64,000 bases of DNA from Stutzerimonas stutzeri (GCF_038561965.1 NZ_CP139348.1:1546340-1610339); one strand, 5' to 3'; counted from the first letter of the stretch, positions 44,691 through 55,896 are shown. Notes: generated by a model from the letters alone, not told the origin. Numbers and translations: made by a program.

Positions 44691-45394
44691 GCAGCTGTCT
44701 CCTCGAAGGGGCTGTCATCTCCGCCCAGGCGGATGAATTCGGCGCGCTCGATGGGCACGAACCGCACCCGATCCCCTGGCTGCCAGAGGCTGTAGCCGTC
44801 GAGCTCGCGGTCGAACAGACGAACCGGGCTGCGCCCGATCAGATTCCAGCCACCCGGTGAAACCAGTGGATAGATCGCCGTCTGCCGATCGGCTATGCCC
44901 AGGCTTCCCGCCGGCACCTGCTTGCGCGGTGTGGCCAGGCGCGGGCTGGCCAGACGCTCATCGACCAATCCGAGAAAGGCGAAGCCCGGTGCGAAGCCCA
45001 GGGCGAATACCTGATAGATATGCGCGCTGTGTTGCTCGATCACGCCGGTTACGCCCAGCCCGCTGCGTTTGCCCAATGACTCAAGCTCTGGGCCGATGCT
45101 GGTGTCGTACCACACCGGTATGTCGTGCTGGCGAGCACTTTCGGCAGCGGCCGGCTGAAGACCTTCGAGCGCGTGATGGAGGTGCTGGCGGGCCTGCTGG
45201 TCGTCCAGTCGGGTCAGGTCGTAATGCACCAGCAGGGTGGTGTAGGAAGGCACCAGATCGATCAGTGCCGTGCCGAAGGCTTCGCGCACCCGCTGACTGG
45301 CGGCGAGCATCCACGGCATGTTGTCTTCATCGATATGCTCGAACAGGCGCAGCACCAGGCTATCGACGCCGACCACTTCGATCCGCGGCTTCAT
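44687..45394 (-). CDS. pxpB: 5-oxoprolinase subunit PxpB (KipI/allophanate hydrolase subunit 1 family)
   Basis: AHS1 family sequence, with ATGA overlaps to both neighbouring genes. Confidence 0.85.
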
Positions 45395-46140
45395 GCGGGA
45401 AGCGCCTGCAGCGCCTGGCGAATGCGCTGGACCGCGGCGACGGAGCCGGCGTTGTCGCCGTGTACGCAGAGGGTGTCGGCCTGCAGTATCAGCGCGCTGC
45501 CATCACTGGCGGTCAGGGGTTCGCCCTTGGCCAGGCGCAGCGCCTGGTCGGCGACGGTGTCGGCATCGTGGTGGACGGCGCCTGGCAGGCTACGTGACAC
45601 CAGCATGCCCGCCGCGTCGTAGGCGCGGTCAGCGAACACCTCGAACCACAGGCTGATGCCCATTTCCGCCGCCAGCGCCTGGCTTGCGCTGTTGTCGCGT
45701 GTGGACATCAGCATCAGCGGCAGGTTGGCGCTGTAGGCCTTGATGGCGCTCATCACCGCACGCAGCAGCTCGGGCTGGCGCATCATGTCGTTGTACAGCG
45801 CACCGTGCGGTTTGACGTAGCGGACCTGCGTGCCTTCGGCGCGGCAGATGCCGTCGAGCGCGCCGATCTGATAGAGCAGCATGTTCTCCACTTCGGCCGG
45901 GCTGCAGGCCATGGAGCGCCGGCCGAAGCCGACCAGATCCGGATAGGCCGGGTGCGCACCGATACGCACATCATGCTGCCGCGCCAGTACAACGGTGCGG
46001 CGCATGATCTGCGGGTCAGAGGCGTGGAAGCCACAGGCAATGTTGGCGCAGTCGATGAAGGGCATCACCTCGGCGTCCAGGCCCATGCTCCAGGCGCCGA
46101 AGCTTTCCCCTATATCGCAGTTAAGTAACAGACGGCTCAC
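45391..46140 (-). CDS. pxpA: 5-oxoprolinase subunit PxpA (LamB/YcsF family)
   Basis: [15 protein letters not shown]... the LamB/YcsF N-terminus. GTG start 8 nt after an aaaggag RBS; the longer upstream ORF extension is rejected. Confidence 0.8.
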   Translation of the reverse strand: MSRLLLNCDIGESFGAWSMGLDAEVMPFIDCANIACGFHASDPQIMRRTVVLARQHDVRIGAHPAYPDLVGFGRRSMACSPAEVENMLLYQIGALDGICRAEGTQVRYVKPHGALYNDMMRQPELLRAVMSAIKAYSANLPLMLMSTRDNSASQALAAEMGISLWFEVFADRAYDAAGMLVSRSLPGAVHHDADTVADQALRLAKGEPLTASDGSALILQADTLCVHGDNAGSVAAVQRIRQALQALPA

Positions 46141-46329
46141 GATGGCTGCTCCTTTCGAGATTGGCCGGTGCGTTGCGGCGTGTTTAAGGGCGATACATTG
46201 ATAAAGTATCGATAAATTATCAACGAGTTTTTCCTTTGCTCTGCCGAAGTGACCGATCGGACATTGCTGTATCCTTGCCCGCCACCTCGATACGATCGGC
46301 GCTGCCGCTTCATAAATCAGGAACTCAAG

Positions 46330-46857
46330 ATGGTTGACGCCAAAAGCCCCCGTCCGTTGCGATCTTCGATCGTCGCTTCGGCGCACCTCGCCGAACAGTC
46401 CCAGGAACTGTCCGAACTCGAGTACGGCATCATCGTCGCCAGCGCCGCGCTGATGCGCTGGATGGAGCGCTGCATGCAGGCCTGCGGCACGGTGGAGATG
46501 AACGCGCTGGACGTCATGGTGCTGCACAATCTCACCAGCCGTGGGCGCGCGAAGCGACAGGCGGACATCTGCCTGCTGCTCAATGTGGAAGACACCCACA
46601 CCGTGACTTATGCGCTGAAGAAGCTCGGCAAACTCGGGCTGGTGGAAGGGGCGAAGCAGGGCAAGGAGATGTTCTATCGCACCACCGACAAGGGCCGTGC
46701 GCTTTGTCAGGAATACGCCGACATCCGCCGCGAATGCCTGATCGCCTCGTTCGAGAACCTCAATATCGACCCCGATGAGATCCACCGCCTGGCGGGCATG
46801 CTGCGCGCCATGTCGGGCCTGTACGACCAGGCCGCACGTGCGGCCACCTCCCTGTAA
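46330..46857 (+). CDS. winged-helix (MarR-like) transcriptional regulator
   Basis: wHTH region [43 protein letters not shown]. It is divergent from the pxp cluster. Start placed at the ATG of MVDAKSP. Confidence 0.55.
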   Translation: MVDAKSPRPLRSSIVASAHLAEQSQELSELEYGIIVASAALMRWMERCMQACGTVEMNALDVMVLHNLTSRGRAKRQADICLLLNVEDTHTVTYALKKLGKLGLVEGAKQGKEMFYRTTDKGRALCQEYADIRRECLIASFENLNIDPDEIHRLAGMLRAMSGLYDQAARAATSL

Positions 46858-46885
46858 TCCGTTTCACCGAGTCTGGAATCCAACG

Positions 46886-48601
46886 ATGCGTATCGAACCC
46901 CGCCCCTTGCCCGAGCAGCTGCCTGACCTTGGCGATCTGCCGCCGTTGCTGCAGCGCCTCTATGCTGCCCGGGGCGTGGCCAGCGCGGCGGAGCTGGACA
47001 AGGGATTGGCGCGGCTGATTCCTTATAAGCAGCTCAAGGGCATCGATGCGGCGGTCGAGCTGCTGGTCGAGGCGCTGGAGAAACGTCAGCGCATTCTTTT
47101 TGTCGGCGATTTCGACGCCGACGGCGCGACGGCAAGCACTGTCGGCGTACTCGGTTTGCGCCAGTTGGGCGCCGCGCATGTCGATTACCTGGTACCCAAT
47201 CGCTTCGAATATGGCTACGGCCTGACGCCGGAAATTGTCGCCGTCGCGTTGCAGCGTGAGCCCGATCTGTTGGTGACCGTGGACAACGGCATTTCCAGTG
47301 TCGACGGCGTGGCGGCGGCAAAGGCGGCTGGTTTGAAGGTGCTGGTGACCGACCATCACCTGCCGGGCCACGAACTGCCGGCGGCCGATGCCATCGTCAA
47401 CCCCAATCAGCCTGAGTGTGCCTTTCCCAGCAAGTGCATCGCCGGGGTCGGGGTCATTTTCTACGTGTTGCTGGCCCTGCGCGCGCGCCTGCGTGAGCTG
47501 AACTGGTTCATCCGTCAGGGCTGGGCAGAGCCGAACCTGGCTGAACTATTGGATCTGGTGGCGCTAGGCAGTGTCGCCGACGTGGTACCGCTGGATGCCA
47601 ACAATCGCATCCTGGTCCATCAGGGATTGGCGCGGATTCGCGCGGGGCGGGCGAGGGCGGGCCTGCGGGCGATTCTCGAAGTGGCGGGGCGCGACCATCG
47701 ACGCATCACCTCCACCGATCTGGGCTTCATTCTCGGGCCGCGGCTCAACGCGGCCGGGCGGCTGGATGACATGTCGCTGGGCATCGAATGCCTGCTCTGC
47801 GAGGACGAGGCGCTGGCGCGCGACATGGCGGTCCAGCTCGATGAGCTGAACAAGGACCGCAAGAGCATCGAGCAGGGCATGCAGCGCGAGGCGCTGGCGC
47901 AGCTCAAGGATTTGCCCCTGGAAGACCTGCCGTTCGGCCTGTGCCTGTTCGAAGCCGACTGGCACCAGGGTGTGATCGGCATCCTGGCGTCGCGCCTTAA
48001 GGAGCGCTATTACCGTCCGACCATCGCCTTCGCCGATGCGGGCGATGGCCTGCTCAAGGGCTCTGCGCGCTCGGTGCCGGGCTTTCATATCCGCGATGCG
48101 CTGGATGCAGTCGCCGCTAAGCATCCCGGTTTGATCAGCAAGTTCGGCGGACACGCCATGGCGGCCGGGCTTTCACTACCGCAAGCCAACTTCGGCGCCT
48201 TCGCCGCCGCGTTCGACGCCGAAGTGCGCCGTCAGCTTTGCGAGGACGACCTCACTGGCCGGCTACTTACCGACGGCCAGCTGAGTGTCGAGGAATTTCA
48301 CCTGGAGCTGGCGCGTGCGCTGCGCAATGCCGGGCCCTGGGGGCAGCACTTTCCAGAGCCGATGTTCCATGGTGTGTTCCAGCTGGTGCAGCAGCGCCTG
48401 GTTGGCGAGCGCCATTTGAAGCTGGTACTCAAGAGTGAATGCGGTTCGCTCACCCTTGATGGCATCGCCTTCAACATCGACCGCGAAATCTGGCCGAACC
48501 CGACGGTGCGCTGGGCCGAACTGGCCTACAAGCTGGACGTCAACGAGTACCGCGGCCAGGAAAGCGTGCAGCTGATGGTGGCGCATATCGCCCCGCGCTG
48601 A
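46886..48601 (+). CDS. recJ: single-stranded-DNA-specific exonuclease RecJ
   Basis: DHH motifs (VTDHH, DFDADGA) and a DHHA1 region, 571 aa. Confidence 0.9.
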   Translation: MRIEPRPLPEQLPDLGDLPPLLQRLYAARGVASAAELDKGLARLIPYKQLKGIDAAVELLVEALEKRQRILFVGDFDADGATASTVGVLGLRQLGAAHVDYLVPNRFEYGYGLTPEIVAVALQREPDLLVTVDNGISSVDGVAAAKAAGLKVLVTDHHLPGHELPAADAIVNPNQPECAFPSKCIAGVGVIFYVLLALRARLRELNWFIRQGWAEPNLAELLDLVALGSVADVVPLDANNRILVHQGLARIRAGRARAGLRAILEVAGRDHRRITSTDLGFILGPRLNAAGRLDDMSLGIECLLCEDEALARDMAVQLDELNKDRKSIEQGMQREALAQLKDLPLEDLPFGLCLFEADWHQGVIGILASRLKERYYRPTIAFADAGDGLLKGSARSVPGFHIRDALDAVAAKHPGLISKFGGHAMAAGLSLPQANFGAFAAAFDAEVRRQLCEDDLTGRLLTDGQLSVEEFHLELARALRNAGPWGQHFPEPMFHGVFQLVQQRLVGERHLKLVLKSECGSLTLDGIAFNIDREIWPNPTVRWAELAYKLDVNEYRGQESVQLMVAHIAPR

Positions 48602-48730
48602 CTGCCCCTTCGCCGGTCGATGATAGGCCGGCTGAATCCAGCGCCATTCCCCGTCAAGACGTCTGATTGTTGCCCGCAGCCATGGGGCCTAGAGTGGCTG
48701 GACAACAACAGCGCCATGCGGGAATCCGAA

Positions 48731-50824
48731 ATGAGCGACACGACCGTCCACCACCGTGCCTGTCATCTGTGCGAAGCCATCTGTGGTCTCACCATCCAGA
48801 CCGAAGGCGAGCGAATCCTCTCGATCAAGGGCGACCCCCTCGACAGCTTCAGTCGCGGCCATATCTGTCCGAAGGCTGTCGCGCTGCAGGACATCCAGAA
48901 CGACCCTGACCGCCTGCGCCACCCGATGCGCCGTTGTGGTGAGGAATGGCAGGCGATCAGCTGGGACGAAGCCTACGAACTTGTCGCTGAGCGCCTGGCT
49001 GAAATCCGCGAACGCCACGGTGGCAACGCCGTGGCGATCTATCAGGGCAACCCGAGCGTGCACAACTACGGGTTGATGACCCACAGCTACTATTTCCTTG
49101 GCCTGTTGAAAACGCGAAACCGCTTTTCCGCGACCTCGGTCGATCAGCTGCCGCACCATCTGACCAGCCACCTGATGTACGGCCATGGCCTGTTGTTGCC
49201 GGTGCCGGATATCGACCACACCGATTTCATGCTGATCCTCGGCGGCAACCCGCTGGCTTCCAACGGCAGCATCATGACCGTGCCCGACGTTGAGAAGCGG
49301 CTGAAGGCGATTCGTGCCCGTGGCGGCAAGCTGGTGGTGGTCGACCCACGGCGCAGCGAGACCGCGGCCATTGCCGATCAGCACCTGTTCGTACGCCCAG
49401 GGCAGGACGCCGCGCTGCTGTTCGGCCTGCTCAACACGTTGTTCGAGGAAGGTCTGACCCGTGCCGCGCCGCTTCCAGTGGACGGTCTGGAAGAGGTGCG
49501 CACGGCAATCGCCGCCTTTACCGCCGAAGCGATGAGCGCCCGTTGCGGTGTGCCCGCTGAGCTGATTCGTCAGCTGGCGCGAGATTTCGCCGCGGCGGAC
49601 AAGGCGGTCTGCTACGGACGCATGGGCGTTTCGGCCCAGGCCTTCGGTACACTCTGCCAATGGCTGGTGCAGCTGATCAACCTGGTCACCGGCAATCTTG
49701 ATCGCGTCGGCGGCGCGCTGTGCACCGAGCCGGCGGTGGATCTGGTGGAAAGCACCACAGGCGGGCATTTCGCTGCCTGGCGCAGCCGGGTGTCGCAACT
49801 GCCCGAGTACGGCGGCGAACTGCCGGTGGCGGCACTGGCCGAGGAGATGCTCGAGCCGGGGGACGGGCAGGTACGTGCCTTGATCACCGTGGCCGGCAAT
49901 CCGGTGCTGTCCACGCCCAACGGGCGCAAGCTGGAGCAGGCGCTGGATGGCCTGGAGTTCATGCTCAGCGTGGACTTCTACATCAACGAGACGACCCGCT
50001 ATGCCGACGTGATCCTGCCGCCGACCGCGCCGCTGGAACATGACCATTACGACGCAACCTTCAACCTGCTTGCGGTGCGCAACGTCACCCGCTTCAACCA
50101 GCCGGTACTGCCCAAGCCCGAGGGCGCGTTGCACGACTGGGAGATCTTCATTGGGCTGGCCAAGGCCTATGCCGCACGCACGGGCGTCGAGCTGAGGCCG
50201 ACCATGCCGCCGCAGCAGATGATGGACTTGGCGCTGCGTCATGGTCCCTACGGCGACAAGTCGGAGCGCAAGTTGAGCCTGGCGGCGCTGGAGGGCTATC
50301 CGCACGGGCTGGACCTCGGCCCGCTCAAGCCGAACCTGGCGCGGCGCCTGAAAACCTCGACCCAACGAATTCAGGCGGCACCGTCCTTGATGTTGGACGA
50401 TCTGCAGCGCTTCGCCGCACAGCCCCAGGCGGGCGCAGACGAGCTGCTGCTGATTGGCCGTCGCCATGTGCGCAGCAACAATTCCTGGATGCACAACTAC
50501 CAGCGGCTGGTGAAGGGCAAGCCGCGTCACCAGCTAATGATGAACCCTGCCGACATGGCTGCACGCACCTTGCAGGATGGCCAGCGGGTACGGGTGCGCT
50601 CGCGGGTCGGTATGGTCGAGGTGGAGGCACTGGCCAGCGACGAGATGATGCCAGGCGTGGTCAGTCTGCCCCACGGCTGGGGCCACGGTCGTCCCGGTGT
50701 GCAGATGGACATCGCCCGGCAGCAACCCGGCGTCAGCAGCAATGACCTGACCGACGAACGCGAGCTGGATGTCTCCGGCAATGCGGCGCTCAACGGGGTG
50801 CCGGTGCAGGTCAGCGCCGCCTGA
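48731..50824 (+). CDS. molybdopterin-dependent oxidoreductase (formate dehydrogenase/DMSO reductase superfamily)
   Basis: N-terminal CxxCxxxC [4Fe-4S] motif (CHLCEAICG), then MGD-binding domains. Start chosen at MSDTTVHH. Confidence 0.75.
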   Translation: MSDTTVHHRACHLCEAICGLTIQTEGERILSIKGDPLDSFSRGHICPKAVALQDIQNDPDRLRHPMRRCGEEWQAISWDEAYELVAERLAEIRERHGGNAVAIYQGNPSVHNYGLMTHSYYFLGLLKTRNRFSATSVDQLPHHLTSHLMYGHGLLLPVPDIDHTDFMLILGGNPLASNGSIMTVPDVEKRLKAIRARGGKLVVVDPRRSETAAIADQHLFVRPGQDAALLFGLLNTLFEEGLTRAAPLPVDGLEEVRTAIAAFTAEAMSARCGVPAELIRQLARDFAAADKAVCYGRMGVSAQAFGTLCQWLVQLINLVTGNLDRVGGALCTEPAVDLVESTTGGHFAAWRSRVSQLPEYGGELPVAALAEEMLEPGDGQVRALITVAGNPVLSTPNGRKLEQALDGLEFMLSVDFYINETTRYADVILPPTAPLEHDHYDATFNLLAVRNVTRFNQPVLPKPEGALHDWEIFIGLAKAYAARTGVELRPTMPPQQMMDLALRHGPYGDKSERKLSLAALEGYPHGLDLGPLKPNLARRLKTSTQRIQAAPSLMLDDLQRFAAQPQAGADELLLIGRRHVRSNNSWMHNYQRLVKGKPRHQLMMNPADMAARTLQDGQRVRVRSRVGMVEVEALASDEMMPGVVSLPHGWGHGRPGVQMDIARQQPGVSSNDLTDERELDVSGNAALNGVPVQVSAA

Positions 50825-50919
50825 GCCGGCCCACCTCTGTGATGTCAGGCTGGGCATGAGGGTGGAAACGGTCTCTACTGACGGATGTCCAATCTGCATC
50901 CACGACAGTAGAGGCCGTC

Positions 50920-52029
50920 ATGTCCCAGCTTTTCCAGCCGCTCACCCTGCGCCAGCTCAAACTGCCCAATCGCATTGCCGTATCCCCGATGTGTCAGTAC
51001 TCGGCGAAAGCCGGTATGGCCAACGACTGGCATCTGGTGCATCTGGGCAGTCGTGCGGTGGGTGGCGCCGGGCTGGTGATCATCGAGGCGACAGCAGTCA
51101 GCCCTGACGGGCGGATTTCGCCTGATGACCTGGGCATCTGGTCCGACGATCATGTAGAGCCGTTGCGGCGCATCACCCGCTTCATCGAGGCGCAGGGCTC
51201 GTTCGCCGGCGTGCAGCTGGCCCACGCCGGGCGCAAGGCGAGTACATGGCGGCCCTGGCTCGGCAAGCACGGCAGCGTACCGATCGCCGCTGGCGGCTGG
51301 ACGCCGGTCGGCCCTTCGACCATTGCCTTCTCGCCCGAGCATGCTGTGCCTACGGCTTTGGACGAGGCCGGTATCGCGGGAATAGTGCAGGCGTTCGTCG
51401 AGGCCGCCGAGCGTTCGCTGGCGGCGGGTTTCAAGATTGCCGAAGTGCACGCCGCGCACGGCTACCTGCTGCATCAGTTCCTCTCGCCACTGTCCAACCA
51501 GCGTCAGGATCGCTATGGCGGTTCGTTCGAAAACCGCATTCGTTTACTGCTCGAAGTAACGACTGCGGTGCGCGAGGTCTGGCCGCAGGAGTTGCCGCTG
51601 TTCGTCCGGCTGTCGGCGACCGATTGGGTCGATGACGGCTGGAATGCCGATGAAACCGTCGAGCTTGCGCGGCGGCTCAAGGATGTCGGTGTCGACCTGA
51701 TCGATGTGTCATCCGGCGGCACCGCAGCCAACGCCGATATCCCGGTTGGGCCCGGCTACCAGACCCAGTTTGCCGAGCGCGTGCGCAAGGAAGCGGGTAT
51801 CGCCACCGGCACGGTCGGCATGATTACCGAAGCGGTGCAGGCCGAGCACATCCTGCGCACCGGCCAGGCCGATCTGATCCTGCTCGCCCGCGAACTGCTG
51901 CGTGATCCGTACTGGCCGCTGCACGCCGCCGAAGACCTGCGCGACAATTCCGTGGCCTGGCCGGCGCAATACGTGCGTGCCGCGCATCGCGATACGCCTA
52001 TTCGCCAAGTGTCTGAGTCGTTCGACTGA
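50920..52029 (+). CDS. NADH:flavin oxidoreductase of the Old Yellow Enzyme (OYE) family (NamA/NemA-like)
   Basis: OYE TIM-barrel motifs (HAAHGYLLHQFLSP, RLSATDW). Confidence 0.85.
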   Translation: MSQLFQPLTLRQLKLPNRIAVSPMCQYSAKAGMANDWHLVHLGSRAVGGAGLVIIEATAVSPDGRISPDDLGIWSDDHVEPLRRITRFIEAQGSFAGVQLAHAGRKASTWRPWLGKHGSVPIAAGGWTPVGPSTIAFSPEHAVPTALDEAGIAGIVQAFVEAAERSLAAGFKIAEVHAAHGYLLHQFLSPLSNQRQDRYGGSFENRIRLLLEVTTAVREVWPQELPLFVRLSATDWVDDGWNADETVELARRLKDVGVDLIDVSSGGTAANADIPVGPGYQTQFAERVRKEAGIATGTVGMITEAVQAEHILRTGQADLILLARELLRDPYWPLHAAEDLRDNSVAWPAQYVRAAHRDTPIRQVSESFD

Positions 52030-52070
52030 GTACTCGGTCCAATCCTGATTCAATCCGTTTGGGGACTTCG

Positions 52071-52820
52071 ATGAAAACCAGTGGCCTTCTCGATCAACTG
52101 CTGAGGTCCGGTCAGGACCTGTTGCAGAAGCAACAAGCCTCAGTGTCGCGTTCGACACCCTCGAAAAGCGGTGGCTCGCTCGGCGATATGCTCTCAGGTG
52201 TGGGCGGCCCGCTTGGCAGCATTCTTGGTGGTGGCGGCGGTGCCGGAAAAGGTGCGTTAGCGACCGGGGCGCTCGGCATGCTGCTGGCGAGTCGGAGTGG
52301 GCGCCGGATGGGTGCCAAGGCGGTCACCTATGGTGGTCTCGCAGCACTTGGTGTACTTGCCTATAAAGCCTATGGCAACTGGCAGGCACAGCAAGGCGTT
52401 GCGGCGCAGCCTGACGCGTCTCAGCCTGAACCCAAGACTGTGGATCGGCTGCCGCCCGATCAGGTCGAGGAACACAGCCGAGGCATCCTCAAGGCGCTGG
52501 TCGCGGCGGCCAAGGCGGACGGTCACGTCGACGATCAGGAACGCAAAATGATCGAAGCCGAACTGGCCCGGCTGACTGAAGATCCAGAGTTGCAGCATTG
52601 GCTTGATGCCGAGCTGAACAAACCACTGGATCCTGTCGACGTGGCGGCGGCTGCAACCACCCCTGAGATGGCATCGGAAATGTATCTGGCCAGCGTGTTG
52701 ATGGTCGACGAGGAGCAGTTCATGGAGCGCGCCTATCTGGATGAACTGGGCCGCCAGCTAAAGCTTGATCCTCAGCTGAAGGCCGAACTGGAAAGCCAGG
52801 TCCGCGGCGTTTCCGGCTGA
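52071..52820 (+). CDS. DUF533 (YebE/TerB-like) inner membrane protein
   Basis: Gly-rich N-terminal region, one transmembrane segment, and a C-terminal TerB-like helical domain. Confidence 0.65.
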   Translation: MKTSGLLDQLLRSGQDLLQKQQASVSRSTPSKSGGSLGDMLSGVGGPLGSILGGGGGAGKGALATGALGMLLASRSGRRMGAKAVTYGGLAALGVLAYKAYGNWQAQQGVAAQPDASQPEPKTVDRLPPDQVEEHSRGILKALVAAAKADGHVDDQERKMIEAELARLTEDPELQHWLDAELNKPLDPVDVAAAATTPEMASEMYLASVLMVDEEQFMERAYLDELGRQLKLDPQLKAELESQVRGVSG

Positions 52821-52976
52821 AATCAGAGGTTGTGGTCTGCACCTCGCGCTTTCGTTTAGTGCTGGTCAATTTGCTTGACATTCGCCGTGCCGACGGTCCC
52901 GCGTGGGCTGTCAGCCGCGGTCAGCTGCGCTATAATCGCCGGCTTTTCGCACCGTCCGATTGAGAGCTGCCTACTT

Positions 52977-54072
52977 ATGGAAATCAACCCGATCCTCAAC
53001 AGCATCAAGGACCTGTCCGAGCGCACCCTGTCAATTCGGGGGTATCTTTGACTACGATCAGAAGCATGATCGCCTCGTCGAAGTAAACCGCGAACTCGAA
53101 GACCCTAACGTCTGGAACAACCCCGAATACGCCCAAAACCTGGGCCGCGAGCGCGCCACCCTGGCGCAGATCGTCGAGACCATCGACGACCTCGACGGCG
53201 GTCTGGCCGATTCCCGCGACCTGCTCGAGATGGCGGTCGAAGAAGATGATCAAGGCGCCGTTGATGACGTGGCCGCCGAGCTGGACCGTCTGCGCGGAAT
53301 CCTCGAAAAGCTTGAATTCCGCCGCATGTTCAGCCACGAGATGGACCCGAATAACTGCTACCTGGACATCCAGGCCGGCTCCGGCGGTACCGAGGCGCAG
53401 GACTGGGCCAACATCCTGCTGCGCATGTACCTGCGCTGGGCCGACAAGCGCGGCTTCACTGCCGAGATCGTCGAACTGTCCGAGGGCGAAGTCGCCGGTA
53501 TCAAGGGCGCTACCGTTCATATCAAGGGTGAATACGCTTTTGGCTGGTTGCGCACCGAGATCGGTGTGCACCGCCTGGTGCGCAAGAGCCCGTTCGACTC
53601 TGGCGCGCGTCGCCACACCTCGTTTTCGGCAGTGTTCGTCTCGCCCGAGATCGACGACAGGGTCGAGATCGAGATCAACCCGGCCGACCTGCGCATCGAT
53701 ACCTACCGCTCCTCCGGTGCCGGTGGTCAGCACGTCAACACCACCGACTCGGCAGTGCGTATCACCCACGTACCGACCAACACCGTAGTGGCCTGTCAGA
53801 ACGAGCGTTCCCAGCACGCCAACAAGGACACCGCCATGAAAATGCTGCGGGCCCGGTTGTACGAGCAGGAAATGCAGAAGCGCAATGCGGCGTCCCAGGC
53901 GCTGGAAGACACCAAGTCCGATATCGGCTGGGGCCATCAGATCCGCTCGTATGTGCTTGATGACTCGCGCATCAAGGACCTGCGCACTGGCATAGAACGT
54001 AGCGACTGCAACAAGGTGCTGGACGGCGACCTCGACCAGTACTTGGAAGCCAGTCTGAAGCAGGGCCTGTAA
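52977..54072 (+). CDS. prfB: peptide chain release factor 2, translated with a programmed +1 ribosomal frameshift at codon 24 (join 52977..53048, 53050..54072)
   Basis: ORF0 [24 protein letters not shown] ends at an in-frame TGA within the classical shift site CTT TGA C at 53046-53052. An internal SD gggggt lies 3 nt upstream. The +1 frame continues [13 protein letters not shown]... through the SPF and GGQ motifs. Confidence 0.9.
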
Positions 54073-54141
54073 GCCTTGCCGGGCGCAGTAGTGGCACGAC
54101 CGTAGACTGGTCTTTGGCCCGCCGCAACAGAGCAGTGCGTC

Positions 54142-54243
54142 GGTGGGCTGAAGCCCGCCCTGCTTGAGTTCCACGTGTCAGATGTAGGGTGGGCTTCAGC
54201 CCACCAAAATAGGGCAGGTCCCTGGTGGGCTGAAGCGAAACGC
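54142..54243. repeat. three REP-like palindromic elements (gtgggctgaagccc-type) between prfB and lysS
   Basis: ggtgggctgaagcccgcc (54142-54159), the inverted copy gggtgggcttcagcccacc (54187-54205, a perfect 8-bp stem), and a degenerate third copy ggtgggctgaagcgaaacgcc (54224-54244). Confidence 0.45.
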
Positions 54244-54298
54244 CTTCCGGCGCACCCTACCCAGGATTCATCCATTCGATTCCAGGCATTTTGAAACC

Positions 54299-55801
54299 AT
54301 GAGCGAACAACCGCTGAACCAGCACGCCATCCAAGAGGAAGAAAACAAGCTAATTGCCCTGCGCAAGGAAAAGCTTGCTGCCGTGCGCGAGCAGGGCAAC
54401 GCCTTCCCCAATGACTTCCGTCGCGACCGCTATGCAGGCGATCTGCAGAAACAGTACGCCGAGAAGACCAAGGAAGAGCTGGAAGCGGACGCCATCCCGG
54501 TCAAGGTCGCCGGGCGCATCATGCTCAACCGCGGACCATTCATGGTCCTGCAGGACATGAGCGGGCGCATCCAGGTGTATGTCGATCGCAAGACGCTGCC
54601 AGCCGAGCAGGTCGAGGCGGTCAAGCACTTCGACCTGGGCGACATCATTGCCGCCGAAGGCACCCTGGCGCGTTCCGGCAAGGGTGACCTCTACGTCTAC
54701 ATGAACAGCGTGCGTCTGCTGACCAAGTCGCTGCGTCCGCTGCCGGACAAGTTCCACGGCCTGACCGACACCGAGCAGCGCTATCGCCAGCGCTACGTCG
54801 ATCTGATGGTCAACGAGGAAGTTCGTGAGACCTTCCGCGTGCGTTCCCAGGTCATCGCGCATATCCGCAAGTTCCTCGCCGAGCGTGACTTCCTCGAAGT
54901 GGAAACGCCGATGCTGCAGACCATCCCTGGCGGCGCCGCGGCCAAACCGTTCGAGACCCACCACAACGCGCTGGACATGCCGATGTTCCTGCGTATTGCA
55001 CCGGAGCTGTATCTGAAGCGTCTGGTGGTTGGTGGCTTCGAGCGCGTATTCGAGATCAACCGCAACTTCCGTAACGAAGGCGTTTCGACCCGGCATAACC
55101 CCGAGTTCACCATGCTCGAGTTCTACCAGGCCTACGCCGATTACGAAGACAACATGGACCTGACCGAGGAGCTGTTCCGCGAGCTGGCCCTGGCGGTACT
55201 CGGCAGCACCGACGTTCCCTACGGCGACAAGGTGTTCCATTTCGGCGAACCGTTCGTGCGGCTTTCGGTGTTCGACTCGATCCTCAAGTTCAACCCCGAA
55301 ATCAGCGCCGATGATCTCAACGACCTGGAAAAGGCCCGTGCCCTGGCCAAGAAGGCTGGCGCCAAGTTGTTCGGCCACGAAGGCCTGGGCAAGCTGCAGG
55401 TGTTGATTTTCGAGGAGTTGGTCGAGCACAAGCTGGAACAGCCGACCTTCATCACTGAATACCCGTTCGAAGTCTCGCCGCTGGCGCGCCGCAACGACCG
55501 CAACCCCAATGTCACCGATCGCTTCGAGCTGTTCATCGGTGGTCGTGAAATCGCCAACGCCTATTCCGAGCTCAACGACGCCGAGGATCAGGCCGAGCGT
55601 TTCCACGCCCAGGTGGCGGACAAGGACGCTGGCGACGACGAAGCCATGCATTTCGACGCTGATTTCGTCCGCGCTTTGGAGTACGGCATGCCGCCGACCG
55701 CGGGCGAGGGGATCGGTATCGACCGTCTGGTTATGCTGCTGACCAACTCGCCGTCGATCCGCGACGTGATCCTCTTCCCGCACATGCGACCGGAAGTCTG
55801 A
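54299..55801 (+). CDS. lysS: lysine--tRNA ligase
   Basis: Class II aminoacyl-tRNA synthetase motifs in the classical prfB-lysS arrangement, 500 aa. Confidence 0.95.
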   Translation: MSEQPLNQHAIQEEENKLIALRKEKLAAVREQGNAFPNDFRRDRYAGDLQKQYAEKTKEELEADAIPVKVAGRIMLNRGPFMVLQDMSGRIQVYVDRKTLPAEQVEAVKHFDLGDIIAAEGTLARSGKGDLYVYMNSVRLLTKSLRPLPDKFHGLTDTEQRYRQRYVDLMVNEEVRETFRVRSQVIAHIRKFLAERDFLEVETPMLQTIPGGAAAKPFETHHNALDMPMFLRIAPELYLKRLVVGGFERVFEINRNFRNEGVSTRHNPEFTMLEFYQAYADYEDNMDLTEELFRELALAVLGSTDVPYGDKVFHFGEPFVRLSVFDSILKFNPEISADDLNDLEKARALAKKAGAKLFGHEGLGKLQVLIFEELVEHKLEQPTFITEYPFEVSPLARRNDRNPNVTDRFELFIGGREIANAYSELNDAEDQAERFHAQVADKDAGDDEAMHFDADFVRALEYGMPPTAGEGIGIDRLVMLLTNSPSIRDVILFPHMRPEV

Positions 55802-55896
55802 TCCACTGACTGTGAAGGTCACCAACCCGCAGTGTGCTGGCGCAGGCATCTGCGGGTATAACCTCAACGGTACGGATCTTCCGTGAAGAGGTAGCG

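Noticed and set aside
45391-46785. Long (464-aa) version of the pxpA ORF.
   Set aside because: The upstream 215 codons are antisense to the MarR-like regulator gene and lack homology. A GTG with an aaaggag RBS at 46140 fits the LamB/YcsF N-terminus.
48689-50530. 613-aa minus-strand ORF antisense to the molybdopterin oxidoreductase gene.
   Set aside because: Shadow ORF; the + strand has an Fe-S motif and family similarity.
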